The position numbers were made by a program, and so were the translations under genes. A model generated the notes under the pieces. It worked only from the letters and a program-made list of their open reading frames with translations, was not told the origin of the DNA and did no database searches. From Candidatus Obscuribacterales bacterium (GTDB lineage: Bacteria > Cyanobacteriota > Vampirovibrionia > Obscuribacterales > Obscuribacteraceae), in contig CBDDIJ010000003.1 of the NCBI GenBank assembly GCA_965228855.1, positions 192,001-256,000 on the forward strand: a DNA stretch of 64,000 nucleotides, read 5' to 3'. This document shows, in pieces, positions 10,166-20,722 of this stretch (positions are counted from its first letter, which is position 1; each line of letters starts with the position of its first letter).

Positions 10166-11842
10166 CTATGTCGCGCTGGTTTTCCATCCGAGTTCTTCGA
10201 GCGCTTCATCAAGACTAATGCGGCTTCGCTGGCAATAGTGCAGTGCGATTATCGCCTTCTCCACTTTCATTCCACCGCGTTCAAGCAAGCCCTGCAATTC
10301 GACGGCTGAGTGGAGTGTCTTGGCGTCGATTATGCCGCTCGCGACAAGGTAGTTTCCGAGTTCGCTGCGCCCACGCTCGTCCAGACCAACAGCCTTCTGA
10401 AGCTCCGCATCAGTGATTAGACCTGCTTGTTTCAGTAGCTTAATCACTGATAGGAAGTTGGCGGGTTGTTCTCGTCCGGTGTCCGGATGAACCGCGTAAA
10501 AGGTTCCCGATCTCGTTTGCTTGGTGATGTAGTCTTCTTCGTCGCGATCGCCGCGAGCGACCTTCTGCAAATCGAGACTTAGAGCTTGAGCGGTTTGATA
10601 CCGCATGTGGGGCTCTTTCTCCAGGCATTTCATGATGATTGTTTCAAGCTCTGACGGAATTGTCGATTCCGGGCGGCTCATCGAGAACGGCGCCGCTTTG
10701 ATGTTTACGTGCATGTATATTGTTTTGTACGCATTCTCGCCTTCAAACGGACGTTTGCCTGTGAGAGCCTGGTACATCACGCAACCCAGTGAATAAATGT
10801 CGGATCTCGCGTCCAGTGGTGCGCCTTTGCACTGCTCCGGGCTCATATAATAAGGGCTACCGAAAACGTCTCCCGTCTGCGTCAATTTCTGAGATGTTTC
10901 CTCTCCCTGTGGTTCAATTTTTGCGATTCCAAAGTCGAGCAACTTCACGAGCTCGACATTCTGAGGGGTTTTAACGAGCATGATGTTGCTCGGTTTCACA
11001 TCGCGGTGAATGACGCCTCTGATGTGCGCGTGGCTGAGAGCTGAACATACTTGATAAAAAATGGTCAGGAAGTGACTGAGCTTGAGCCGCCCATGGTCTT
11101 TGAAAATCTGCTCCAGGCTGGGACCGTCGATGTATTCCATAACCATGAAAGGCAGACCTTCACTGGTTTCGCCATGGTCAATGACCGCGACAATATTCAA
11201 ATGCGCGAGCGCCATAGTCGCTTTGAATTCTTGCTGGAAACGCTTTTCAGGCTTCTTCTTGCGTGTTTTATTCTCGGACAGAAGATGTGGATGCAGCACC
11301 TTAACTGCCACCATCCGGTCTTGCTTTCTGTCCTTGGCTTTGTACACGCGGCTCATCCCGCCACAACCGATTTCCTCAATCACCTCATATCGATCGAGGA
11401 AAAGATTTTCCGGCGATTTTGAGATCAGCTCCGGCTGCTCTTCTTTTTTTGCCTGCTTATTGTGGTCCTCATCCGTGTCGCCGAGATGTCGTTGAGGTGC
11501 CGGTCTGATGGAGGGATTTCGAGCTCGTTTTTGGACCAGGTTGTAGATTTGTTCAGGATTTTCCGTAGTGACGCTCCAGAAGACGACCGGCGGGTCCTCC
11601 CCTTCCGTGCTCAGAACCCAGGTTGGCTCAATGCCTGGAATTAGATAGGTGACCGTGAGCAGATACTCGGAACCATCACTCAACTCGAATTTCACAGACT
11701 CAGAATGCGGCGATGACTCCTCTGCTTGCGCCATCAGCGAGGCAAGTTGGGCACGGCTCGGGGGCGGACTCTGTCCACCTCCTGCTGGTTTGTTCGCTGA
11801 TTCGCCATCCGGCGTTTGTCCCGCCGTGTTGTTAAGAGTCAT
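10166..11842 (-). CDS. Hanks-type Ser/Thr protein kinase with C-terminal degenerate MshEN-like repeat
   Basis: IGCGGMS, VAVK, HRDVKPSN, DFG, YMSPEQ motifs; tandem paralog of 8389-10074. Confidence 0.92.
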   Translation of the reverse strand: MTLNNTAGQTPDGESANKPAGGGQSPPPSRAQLASLMAQAEESSPHSESVKFELSDGSEYLLTVTYLIPGIEPTWVLSTEGEDPPVVFWSVTTENPEQIYNLVQKRARNPSIRPAPQRHLGDTDEDHNKQAKKEEQPELISKSPENLFLDRYEVIEEIGCGGMSRVYKAKDRKQDRMVAVKVLHPHLLSENKTRKKKPEKRFQQEFKATMALAHLNIVAVIDHGETSEGLPFMVMEYIDGPSLEQIFKDHGRLKLSHFLTIFYQVCSALSHAHIRGVIHRDVKPSNIMLVKTPQNVELVKLLDFGIAKIEPQGEETSQKLTQTGDVFGSPYYMSPEQCKGAPLDARSDIYSLGCVMYQALTGKRPFEGENAYKTIYMHVNIKAAPFSMSRPESTIPSELETIIMKCLEKEPHMRYQTAQALSLDLQKVARGDRDEEDYITKQTRSGTFYAVHPDTGREQPANFLSVIKLLKQAGLITDAELQKAVGLDERGRSELGNYLVASGIIDAKTLHSAVELQGLLERGGMKVEKAIIALHYCQRSRISLDEALEELGWKTSAT

Positions 11843-12198
11843 TCAACCTGCAATTCCAGGAATTTTGTACATAAATCTCTCTTACCCAGTGCTTAGTATA
11901 TTCTCCTAGTAGATGCAAAGGTCTTAAAACCTAATTTCTGGACGTATTGAAGTGTATCGAGGCGTCCAACAGCTTCTCCTATGGCAAGGGATGTGGCTAA
12001 TTTGCGTGACGCTCTGAAGTTCTGATTAAATCGCGTCACGAGCCCCTTGAGGAGGCTTTCAAAGCTCTGAAAGTTAACTTGTCACCTTCCAGTCTTCTTT
12101 GTCGGCACCTTTCCGGCTGTCCGCTTTCGGCAGTCTTTCTGGAGTGATAAAAGAGGCAGCCCGTTTGAATTTGCTGTGAAGCTGTTTAGACAATCAAA

Positions 12199-13608
12199 CT
12201 ATTTTGCCGGCAGGACATCATCCATGAAACCCGAGCTTAGTTCTTTGGCCTGGCGTCTATCGGCTTTGGCTTCATCTGTTTTTCCGAGCTTGTCGTAGAT
12301 GGCGGCGCGTTCGATGTAGGCTCGTGATTTCGCTGTCGATTCTGCGGCAGAAATTGCCAGGGTGTAGGTTTTTATTGCTTCCTGGTTGAAACCCAGTTCA
12401 GACTCCAAAGTCCCTTTTCGCACGAGATTTCGGAACGAAATCTTTGAGAGCTCGCTTGCTCTTTTGAAGTCTTTCAGAGCGAGCGCTTTTTTGTTGATCT
12501 TCTCGTAAGCGTCTGCGCGGTTTATCAGCAGAGGGACGAAGTCTGGCGATTGTGCGAGTCCGAGTGAACACTCTTTGATGCACTCGTTGAGGTCTCCGGT
12601 TTGCATCAACACTTCTGCTCTGGCACTTCGATTTTCAAGGTTGTGTGGGTCGAGCCCAACTGCCTTATTCGCATCTGAAAGAGCCTCTTCGAACTTGCCG
12701 ATTTGCGCAAGCAACTCGCTGCGCAACCTGTAATAGCTGGCCTTTGTTTTGTTGATGAGAATGGCTCTGTCGCAGTCTTTGATTGCATCCTGCGCCATCA
12801 GCGTTGCTTTTTTCAGACGCGCTCTCCCGTAGTAGAGCTCGGCATTGGTCGGATCGAGTTTAATCGCTTTGTCGAACGCTACAGCGGCTTGCGTATAGTC
12901 TTTGCTCTTCAGGCGCATTTCCGCCAACATGCTCCACGGTTCAGAATTCTTTGGAGCAATTTTGATTGCCCGATTAAGATATTCGATTGCCAGTTTCGGA
13001 TTACTTTTTTTGTTTAGACGAGCTGCTTTCATCATGAGTTTTAAAGACTCGGGATTATCGTGCGTCGCGCCGTTCTTCGCTGTTTGAGCCTCTTGCGACC
13101 GCCCCATCGCTGTGAGCACCGAAGCTCTCCATGCGATGGCGTTTTTCTTTTGAGGGTTGAGCCGAAGCGCAGTATCTATGTCAGAAAGCGCCTCTTCGAA
13201 GTTCTTCAAGTCGTAGTTCAATCGCGAACGAACCGCATAGGAAGCCGCTGTCACCGGACCGAGTTCCATTGATTTCTTTATATCCTTCATGCCAAGCTCC
13301 GGCTTTGACATGCTTATAAAAACCTGTGCTCGTTTGAAATAGACGGCGCCTTTAGTCGGATATTTCTTTACCAGTGCATTCGCTTTCGTCAGAGCGCCAG
13401 ACAAGTCGCCTCTTCTGGTTAGCGTCTCAATTTCTTCCCAGAGTGTCCTCACCTCCGGGGACTGCTTAAGCAAGTCCTTGATACTTTCAATGTCTGATGA
13501 ATTCTTCGGTTTCGTCTGGGCAAAAACCGAAGTCGCGCCATCGTGCGCGCCTAGCGTCATATTGACAATAAGCGCGGCTGCGAGCGTAATTTGAAATCGG
13601 TTCATCAA
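12199..13608 (-). CDS. Secreted TPR-repeat protein
   Basis: Signal peptide-like N-terminus; repeated TPR signatures (AYAVRS, ALSDIDTALRLNP, AIKLDPTNAELYYGRA). Confidence 0.85.
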   Translation of the reverse strand: MMNRFQITLAAALIVNMTLGAHDGATSVFAQTKPKNSSDIESIKDLLKQSPEVRTLWEEIETLTRRGDLSGALTKANALVKKYPTKGAVYFKRAQVFISMSKPELGMKDIKKSMELGPVTAASYAVRSRLNYDLKNFEEALSDIDTALRLNPQKKNAIAWRASVLTAMGRSQEAQTAKNGATHDNPESLKLMMKAARLNKKSNPKLAIEYLNRAIKIAPKNSEPWSMLAEMRLKSKDYTQAAVAFDKAIKLDPTNAELYYGRARLKKATLMAQDAIKDCDRAILINKTKASYYRLRSELLAQIGKFEEALSDANKAVGLDPHNLENRSARAEVLMQTGDLNECIKECSLGLAQSPDFVPLLINRADAYEKINKKALALKDFKRASELSKISFRNLVRKGTLESELGFNQEAIKTYTLAISAAESTAKSRAYIERAAIYDKLGKTDEAKADRRQAKELSSGFMDDVLPAK

Positions 13609-13699
13609 CTTGCTGTCAGGTTCAATGTCAATATCTGCAGTATCTATTCTAGCGTTTCGCGGGTAAGATTAGTCAATTCGGTGAGCGGGTCATAACTCA

Positions 13700-15046
13700 A
13701 TGGTGACGGAAGTCATACCGGTCGAATACAGCAAAGTTGCCAGCAAGGTGTCACTGCGCTTGATACCATTTATGTTGGTATTGTATGTGGTGTCATATCT
13801 TGATCGAATAAACATTTCATTCGCATCGTTGCAGATGAATGCGGCTTTACAAATTTCAGCCGAAGAGTATGGATTTGGATCCGGCATTTTCTTTTTTGGC
13901 TATTGCCTGTTCGGTATTCCCAGCAATCTTCTCATCGAAAAACTTGGACCCAGGCGATGGATATCGATCATCATGGTTGTCTGGGGACTCATCACACTGG
14001 CAATGTGTTTGTTGAGGAATCAAACTGAATTTTATGTTCTGCGATTCATACTTGGGATTGCTGAGGCTGGATTTTTCCCTGGCATGATCCTGTATCTGAC
14101 CTATTGGTTTTCGCCGAAGTATTACGGTGCCGCCGTAGCTCGATTTATGTCAGCGATACCGCTTGCTGGTCTGCTTGGAAGTGGCGTGGCCAGCTGGGCG
14201 CTGGGTATGACAGCTTATGGTCTGGCTGGATGGAAGTGGCTCTTTATTGCGACTGGATTACCCGCGGTGCTCCTAGGTTTCATCGTTTGGTTTGTTCTTG
14301 ATGATAAACCGCGCAACGCCAAGTGGTTGAACGCTGCCGAGATTGAATCGCTTGAGCGCGAGGCAACCGCCAACATCTGCGATGAGACGGAACGCGAGGA
14401 AACTGTTGTCGAGTCTGGGAGTAGTGCAAACGACAGGAATCAAAGCAATAAAGCCGACTCTGCCTGGTCGAGATTCGAGGCAACTCTTCTGGATATGACG
14501 GTCTGGCGATTCGCTTTACTGTACTTCTCGCTGACGACAAGTATGTATGGTTTTCAACTCTGGTTGCCGCAGATTATCAAAGCGTTCGGCGACTTGAGCG
14601 ATCAGACTACCGCGCTTGTCTCCGCTATTCCAGCGCTGTTTCAGGCGCTCGGTATGCTGATCATCGCAGGTCATTCGGATAAAACGCAGGAGCGACGGTT
14701 TCACGTCGTACTCGCTGCAATCTGCACTTGCAGCGGTCTGGCGATAACCTGCATAGCACCGTTGGCGTGGATAAAATTAGCTGGACTGTGTTTGGCTGCT
14801 TTTGGAATTTGGGGATCTGTTGGACCGTTCTGGGCGCTTACCACGAACAACTTGACGAAACGTTCTCAAGCAACCGGCATTGCGATAGTCAATTCAGTAG
14901 GCAATCTTGGCGGGTTCGCCGGTCCGTCGATAGTGGGATTGATTAAGCAATATTCGCACGGATTCAACGATGCTCTGATAGCACTGGCGGTGGCATCGGT
15001 CATAGCGATTATTATCGCAATTTCCTCTCCTAAAGGAAGATCGTAA
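13700..15046 (+). CDS. MFS transporter, anion:cation symporter family (tartrate/aromatic acid type)
   Basis: YLDRINISFA, GIAEAGFFPG, GNLGGFAGP; about 12 hydrophobic segments. Confidence 0.9.
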   Translation: MVTEVIPVEYSKVASKVSLRLIPFMLVLYVVSYLDRINISFASLQMNAALQISAEEYGFGSGIFFFGYCLFGIPSNLLIEKLGPRRWISIIMVVWGLITLAMCLLRNQTEFYVLRFILGIAEAGFFPGMILYLTYWFSPKYYGAAVARFMSAIPLAGLLGSGVASWALGMTAYGLAGWKWLFIATGLPAVLLGFIVWFVLDDKPRNAKWLNAAEIESLEREATANICDETEREETVVESGSSANDRNQSNKADSAWSRFEATLLDMTVWRFALLYFSLTTSMYGFQLWLPQIIKAFGDLSDQTTALVSAIPALFQALGMLIIAGHSDKTQERRFHVVLAAICTCSGLAITCIAPLAWIKLAGLCLAAFGIWGSVGPFWALTTNNLTKRSQATGIAIVNSVGNLGGFAGPSIVGLIKQYSHGFNDALIALAVASVIAIIIAISSPKGRS

Positions 15047-15480
15047 TGGTGGAAAAGAAAACAGTAGCCGACACGCGACGCGAAGTCTATAAACACTGGA
15101 CCGAGGTGAATCTGCGATACGGTGATACCGATCGGCAGGGGCATGTGAACAATGCTGCATACTGCACTTTCTTCGAGTCCGGGCGGTGCGCGTTTCTTTT
15201 CGACGATAAGGGAAACAACGTTGCCGGTGATGGCAAAAACTTTGTAATAGTGAAGTTGACTCTCGACTACTTGGAAGAAATAAATTTTCCAGGGATTGTT
15301 GAGGTTGGTTCGCGTATTTCTAAGCTTGGGAAATCATCGTTCACTGTTGAACAGGCAGTTTTCAAAGATGGCATCTGCTGTTCAACTGCTGAGTCTATAA
15401 TTGTGCAGATTGATGATTCTACGAAGCGTTCGTCGCAAATGTCAGAAAGTCTGGTTTCAGCTTTGTCGAAACTTATGTGA
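15046..15480 (+). CDS. Acyl-CoA thioesterase (4HBT/YbgC hotdog fold)
   Basis: RYGDTDRQGHVNNAAYCTFFESGR motif; TAATG overlap with the MFS gene. Confidence 0.9.
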   Translation: MVEKKTVADTRREVYKHWTEVNLRYGDTDRQGHVNNAAYCTFFESGRCAFLFDDKGNNVAGDGKNFVIVKLTLDYLEEINFPGIVEVGSRISKLGKSSFTVEQAVFKDGICCSTAESIIVQIDDSTKRSSQMSESLVSALSKLM

Positions 15481-15522
15481 GCAATTGGAGCAGATAATCA
15501 GATCTGAGCTAGCAAGCGGACG

Positions 15523-15591
15523 TGAGCCGTTGAGCTGAGCCGTGGAACTGAGTCGTTGAACCAGAGCAATCGACCTTGAGCAATCGGATCT
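15523..15591. repeat. Short degenerate intergenic tandem repeats (3x13 bp, then 2x14 bp)
   Basis: TGAGCCGTTGAGC / TGAGCCGTGGAAC / TGAGTCGTTGAAC, then GAGCAATCGACCTT / GAGCAATCGGATCT. Confidence 0.7.
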
Positions 15592-15594
15592 GAA

Positions 15595-16971
15595 CTAATG
15601 CGGTAGCCCGAAGAAAAAATATACGAGACACATTGCGGCTAGAACATACGATCCGGAATTTAGCTCTCTCCAGCGCCCCGACGCAATCTTCATCAGAACG
15701 AAAAGAACCAGTCCGGCTGTCAAACCGTTGGCGGTGTTGTAAGTAAAAATCATGAGCGCTATGGTCGAAATTGCAGGGACAGCCTCGGTCAGATCGTCCA
15801 TATCAATCTTCTTGAGTGAGTGCAACATCAAGATACCGACTGCCATCAAGGCTGGTGCGTATGCGTAACTCAATTTTTGAAAAGGCGTTACAAGCGGCAG
15901 GAAAAAGAGGGAAGCGAAAAACAGAAGCGCTGTTATAACAGTCGCAAAGCCGGTTCTCGCGCCTTCTCGAATGCCTGCCGCCGACTCGATGAATGCGCCG
16001 CTCGTTGAGGTTCCAATCAGTGAGCTGGAGACGCATGAGATCGCGTCAACGACCATTGGTTTCTCTATATCTTCGAAATTTCCCTTCTCATCGAGCATAT
16101 CACCGGCTGCGCCAACACCAATAAGAGTCGCCAGAGTGTCAAGGAAGCTCATCAAAAACAAGGTAACAAGTATTGGAAGAAAGCTTACTTGCAGCGCGCT
16201 AACAACATCCAGTTTTAAGAAAATCGGCTCAAGCGTATATTCACCGGTGAATGGCATGGCGAACACGCCGGTCGGCGCCTCGCCGTAACCCATTGCCACC
16301 CCTACAACTGACGTAAGCACGATACCTATCAGCACTGCTCCTTTAACTTTGCGATCGAGCAACGCGCATGTAACAATGAAACCGAATATCGCTAGTAGCA
16401 CTTTAGGGTCATGCCAGTCACCGATTTTTAGTGGCACAGGTGGTGCCCCGAGTAAGCTGCTGCCGTGAACTTGTAACGCGTCAACCGGCATTCCCTTAGC
16501 TGCGCTCGTGACGATACCTACCTGGTATAGACCGATGAATGTGAGAAACAAGCCGATGCCGGCAGCGAAGCTGTATTTCAAACTGGGCGATATTGAATTT
16601 GCTAGCCAGGGTCTCAGTCTGAATACAGAAAGAGCCAGAAACGCCAGACCGCTTATAAACACCGCGCCAAGTCGCTGTTGCCAGCCAATCCCCATAGCGG
16701 CTAATCCAAAAGCGATGAATGCGTTCTCTCCCATATACGGCGCGACCGCGATGGGTCTGTTCGCGTAAATGCCCATAAGCAAACAACCGAGCACCGCCGC
16801 TAGTATCGTGGCAACAGTCGTTGGTCCTTCAGGAAATCCTGCGAACGCGAGAATCGCGGGATTAACAACAATGATATACGCCATGGTTAGAAATGTCGTT
16901 AAGCCGCCTAGCAACTCTGTTTTGACGGTCGAGCCGCGTTCCGTGATTTTGAAAAACTTATCAATGCCCAC
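15595..16971 (-). CDS. NCS2 family (AzgA/PbuG-like) purine permease
   Basis: ELLGGLTTFLTMAYIIVVNP, APYMGENAF, FIESAAGIREGARTG. Confidence 0.92.
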   Translation of the reverse strand: MGIDKFFKITERGSTVKTELLGGLTTFLTMAYIIVVNPAILAFAGFPEGPTTVATILAAVLGCLLMGIYANRPIAVAPYMGENAFIAFGLAAMGIGWQQRLGAVFISGLAFLALSVFRLRPWLANSISPSLKYSFAAGIGLFLTFIGLYQVGIVTSAAKGMPVDALQVHGSSLLGAPPVPLKIGDWHDPKVLLAIFGFIVTCALLDRKVKGAVLIGIVLTSVVGVAMGYGEAPTGVFAMPFTGEYTLEPIFLKLDVVSALQVSFLPILVTLFLMSFLDTLATLIGVGAAGDMLDEKGNFEDIEKPMVVDAISCVSSSLIGTSTSGAFIESAAGIREGARTGFATVITALLFFASLFFLPLVTPFQKLSYAYAPALMAVGILMLHSLKKIDMDDLTEAVPAISTIALMIFTYNTANGLTAGLVLFVLMKIASGRWRELNSGSYVLAAMCLVYFFFGLPH

Positions 16972-17055
16972 TACGAATTTCCTGTCCTGGCTATGTGGTG
17001 GTACTTATACAACTGTTTGACTATTTTCGATGCGCTTTAGCGGTTCGATTATAGC

Positions 17056-17094
17056 AAAGAAAAACCGGCAGCGACGGTCTCTTCGCTGCCGGTT
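17056..17094 (-). terminator. Rho-independent terminator downstream of the VIT gene
   Basis: 12-bp stem AACCGGCAGCGA/TCGCTGCCGGTT (17063-17094) followed by a T-rich tract on the minus strand. Confidence 0.8.
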
Positions 17095-17113
17095 CTTCTG
17101 TGGTTTGTTCTGT

Positions 17114-20100
17114 CTATGAAAACAGATTTGCATCTCTCGCGGATGCAACGAACCAATTCACCAGACCTGGTATCATGCATCCGCCGATTACGACGAACGC
17201 TCCTATTGCAAGACGCATTCCGGGAGTGAATCTTGCACGCATTCCTAGGAAGTGTTTTACAGTCTTTCGGATTACGAGACCGTGCAAGATAATTACTGAA
17301 CCGAACATCATCGCAGCCAGCTCTATTAGATTGCTAATCATGTTGAGCAATGCTTCGAGGTTCGCCAGGTTATTCACCCTAACAGTTCCCGCGGTGTTCA
17401 CGCCCATGATCATGGTGGCATCCTTTCCTTGAGCGCCAATGGTTCCATTGGTAGCGCCTTGCAAAGTTGGCGCGGAGCCATCCGAGCTGAACGCGTCTAC
17501 TGCTGATGATACCTCTTCACTTTGACCTTCTCCGCCGCTGGCGTCACACGCCGGTACGGATTGTTCGGCGGAGCCGATAACGGCTACACAGCTAACCGGT
17601 GAGACAAATTGGTAGGCAACCGCAATGCGAGCTGCTTTGCTAGCCTGCTTCTCACGAATGGCTTTCTCTACCATGCTGCGTGCGTTGAGTTGCAACACTT
17701 CATTCTTGTCGCGACCCTCGAGAAGTTTGCATTCTTTTGCTGGTTTGTCGGTGAGTGAATAGTTGACTACAAATTCTCTGCGACCTGCCTGCCACTTCAG
17801 GAAGAAATCGTTGAGATCTTCAGTCAGATTTTCCGTGCGTGGAATCGGTGAGAATGGACCGACCTCTGCATGATTCTTGAAGTACTCGATGGTATCGGTG
17901 CATCCCGTATCAAGCGCTAGTTCGAAGAATGAGGGATGTGCTCTGAATGGGGACATGATATAGATGTCTTTATTCAGACCGGGCTGTGGTCCGTGAATCC
18001 AGAGAACAGCACCGCCCTCTGTCTCACCTGCCATCTCCGCGGCACCGACGACAGCTTTGAGGTTGTCTTGTCCTCCGGCGAATGTTGCGTTTTCAAGTTC
18101 CTTCAGCGCTACTTTCAATGGCGTCGGCTTGCTGAGGATGTCTGTTTCTCGCGATGCGAGCCTCACCCATACCGGCACTGAATCCGGTACCGCTTCCAGT
18201 GCTCCCTTGATCTCTTTGATGTGATCTTTGATTGAGCCTGAGCCGTCGATGACTACGAGAAGGCGTTTGGGCGCTTTAGTCACTACTTCTGTTATTGTTC
18301 GCACTGCGAATCTTGGAAGTGGTGGCAGTTTCTTCGCGGCTTTTTTAGCTTTCTTTTCACGATTAAATATCGTTTTTACGTCCTCCAGTTGCTGTTGAAC
18401 TCCACGAGCTCCGTCTATCATCAGCACTACCTGATGCTCGTTTTCTCTTTTCTTTGCTTCTTCCTCCAGGCGTTTCCGCTCCTCTTCTGCTTTCCAACGT
18501 TTGATTTCCTGTTCGGTGGCACGCTTATCCAGGGTTGCAACTGGTGTCATACTCGGTGCGCGTCTGGCTGTCACTACCAGCGGTGTATGTTCCAGTTGCG
18601 AGCGTTCCAATGTTCCACTCAAAACAGAGCGACCCTGCAGTCCCTTGGAGAATGAGATATTCTTTTGTCTGCTGCTCAACCCTTCAGGAGATTCGAGTGT
18701 TAGCGAATGTTCTCCGTCCAGATTGAAGTTGCTTGCGATAAAACGCGGGAAGGTCAAGCTTGTAGATTCCAAAGTCTCCAACTTAAGTGGAACGACAATA
18801 CTCATGTTGACCTTCAACTGCTCATCATGCGGAATCGGGTAGCAGTGAAACAGATAACGTCCTCTTCCAAGGTCAGTTACGATTGCCGGATTGTCATGCC
18901 CGACATTGACCCAGTTGATTTGCTCTGCTCCCTCTGCTTTGCCGGCAGCTGCAAATGCGGCATCAAGAGGATCTCCGTTTTTCCAAACAGTCAATCCATT
19001 TATCACCGCTCCTGGTGGCAGGGCGATTTCGGCCCTGGCTTCCTGCGGTGATTCCGTGTCGTTGCGGAAAACGTATGTCCAGTTAATAGTTGAGGTGAGG
19101 GCATCGGGGCTGATCAAGCCGTTGAACGCGGAGCGAGCCAGCGCCAAACCTTTCACTTGCGAGCCCACGACGTGACGTTGAAGATAGTCATCAGACATGG
19201 AGCTGAAGTCCGCGCTGTTTTCGTCTCCGAGCGGTTTGCCGCATACAGTGAAGTATAGTTTTGACATCTCGCTGTGTTTAACCGGAATAAATAAACCGGC
19301 AATGCCTGCTGCTCTGGCGTCGGATGTTTCCATTCGCAGTTCACGCTCCGTATCCATTGAGCGCAGTGTTGCAAGTCCCTTTATTCTCTCGGATTCCTCA
19401 GACGACATCGCTTGTTGCTCCGCCAGGCGAACGCACCATGAGCGGACTTCGGCGCCTGCAAATGCTGCCAGTCCGAATATGAATCCGACTACTGTGTACG
19501 CGATTATCCGGGTCTTGCTGCTTGAAAATTCTCGGTTTAAACGACTGCGGTTCATAAGATATAAACCGATCGCGGCCGTCACCAGACCCTGCATTCCGAT
19601 GAAGAAGAAGCCCGTAGAAAAGTCCGTGCCGATTGACGATTGCAATTCCTGATATCCAGCGGGAATCGCCGCGAATGAAAGTGCTGCAACGATGAATGAT
19701 GTAGCGATTGCTGCTCCAACGAGAAGTCCTCGAAACATCGAGAAACGCAGTTCGTTTTTGCATATCGACGTCCACAGCCTGTAATTTGCGAGTGGTATGG
19801 CGAAAAGTAGCAAGAGCTCGATGATTGTCTCTACAGGGTGGTTTAGTAAAACGAGCGTTATTCTTTTCGGGCATGATGCCATGCTCAATGCAGTAAGAAT
19901 CAACGGGGTTGCAACCCCAAATGCCATTACCGCGATGCCGTCTACTCCGCTCCATACTTTCTTCGCCGGTGGCGGAGGTGGTACCAGGTCGTCCTCCCAG
20001 TCCATGTTTTCCTTGTCACCAGCTGCGGTATCGGCGTCATCCGCTCCCGAGTTTCTGTTTCGACCGGTCTTACCTCTGCCTTTGACGTGACCGCCGTTCT

Positions 20101-20530
20101 CGTGCTTATCATGGTCCTCGTCGTCCTCGTCGTCCGGAGTAAAGTCAGTATCGGAATCCTCATCGTGCTTGGAATTCGAGCCCTGACCTCTGCTTGTCTC
20201 TTTGCCTGAGTGAGGCGACGCAAACGGTTTAAAATTTTCGAAAAGCTGTTTCACTAAGGTAAACGGACCGGACCCGGAATCTCGGTCGTCATCGTCTTTG
20301 TCGTTGTTACTGCTCGGGGTTGTGCAGGAACTGTGGGCTGCGCCTTGCCCGGCAGTGCATTCGGAATTGTGATGGTAAACATGAATGTAGCTGGTGGAGG
20401 TATTGCAACATCCTGTGGCATGCTGCTGATGAGTGGCGATCTCTTTGTGAATCGATGCCAGGTTGTCTCCGCCCGCGGTGGCGTTTCCGTTATCGCCTCC
20501 CGGAGGCTGTGGTGTATCGCTGGTAGACAT
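17114..20530 (-). CDS. Membrane-anchored VIT (vault inter-alpha-trypsin) domain protein with vWA-like region and C-terminal two-helix tail
   Basis: WTYVFRN..QEARAEIALPPGAVINGLTVW..AAFA VIT signature; LLVVIDGSGS MIDAS-like motif; N-terminal TM helices. Confidence 0.75.
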   Translation of the reverse strand: MSTSDTPQPPGGDNGNATAGGDNLASIHKEIATHQQHATGCCNTSTSYIHVYHHNSECTAGQGAAHSSCTTPSSNNDKDDDDRDSGSGPFTLVKQLFENFKPFASPHSGKETSRGQGSNSKHDEDSDTDFTPDDEDDEDHDKHENGGHVKGRGKTGRNRNSGADDADTAAGDKENMDWEDDLVPPPPPAKKVWSGVDGIAVMAFGVATPLILTALSMASCPKRITLVLLNHPVETIIELLLLFAIPLANYRLWTSICKNELRFSMFRGLLVGAAIATSFIVAALSFAAIPAGYQELQSSIGTDFSTGFFFIGMQGLVTAAIGLYLMNRSRLNREFSSSKTRIIAYTVVGFIFGLAAFAGAEVRSWCVRLAEQQAMSSEESERIKGLATLRSMDTERELRMETSDARAAGIAGLFIPVKHSEMSKLYFTVCGKPLGDENSADFSSMSDDYLQRHVVGSQVKGLALARSAFNGLISPDALTSTINWTYVFRNDTESPQEARAEIALPPGAVINGLTVWKNGDPLDAAFAAAGKAEGAEQINWVNVGHDNPAIVTDLGRGRYLFHCYPIPHDEQLKVNMSIVVPLKLETLESTSLTFPRFIASNFNLDGEHSLTLESPEGLSSRQKNISFSKGLQGRSVLSGTLERSQLEHTPLVVTARRAPSMTPVATLDKRATEQEIKRWKAEEERKRLEEEAKKRENEHQVVLMIDGARGVQQQLEDVKTIFNREKKAKKAAKKLPPLPRFAVRTITEVVTKAPKRLLVVIDGSGSIKDHIKEIKGALEAVPDSVPVWVRLASRETDILSKPTPLKVALKELENATFAGGQDNLKAVVGAAEMAGETEGGAVLWIHGPQPGLNKDIYIMSPFRAHPSFFELALDTGCTDTIEYFKNHAEVGPFSPIPRTENLTEDLNDFFLKWQAGRREFVVNYSLTDKPAKECKLLEGRDKNEVLQLNARSMVEKAIREKQASKAARIAVAYQFVSPVSCVAVIGSAEQSVPACDASGGEGQSEEVSSAVDAFSSDGSAPTLQGATNGTIGAQGKDATMIMGVNTAGTVRVNNLANLEALLNMISNLIELAAMMFGSVIILHGLVIRKTVKHFLGMRARFTPGMRLAIGAFVVIGGCMIPGLVNWFVASARDANLFS

Positions 20531-20722
20531 GGCGTGTCCCTTCCTCTAAAAGAATGCAAAACGATTGCCCGCTCGGATGAACGAGCGAAGCGCGGTCATG
20601 CGAAGGTGGTGCCTCCGCGTGTCAAGAATTGTGTTTGGTAAATTGCTAATTCCGAGTAGAAGTCTCGGCTAGCCTATTGTAGGAAAGCGCTCGCGAAAAT
20701 TCGCTAGGGTTTCCCCCGAAAG

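Noticed and set aside
16972..17055. Purine riboswitch upstream of the NCS2 permease
   Set aside because: Leader is short and lacks the purine aptamer consensus; the only hairpin is the upstream gene's terminator
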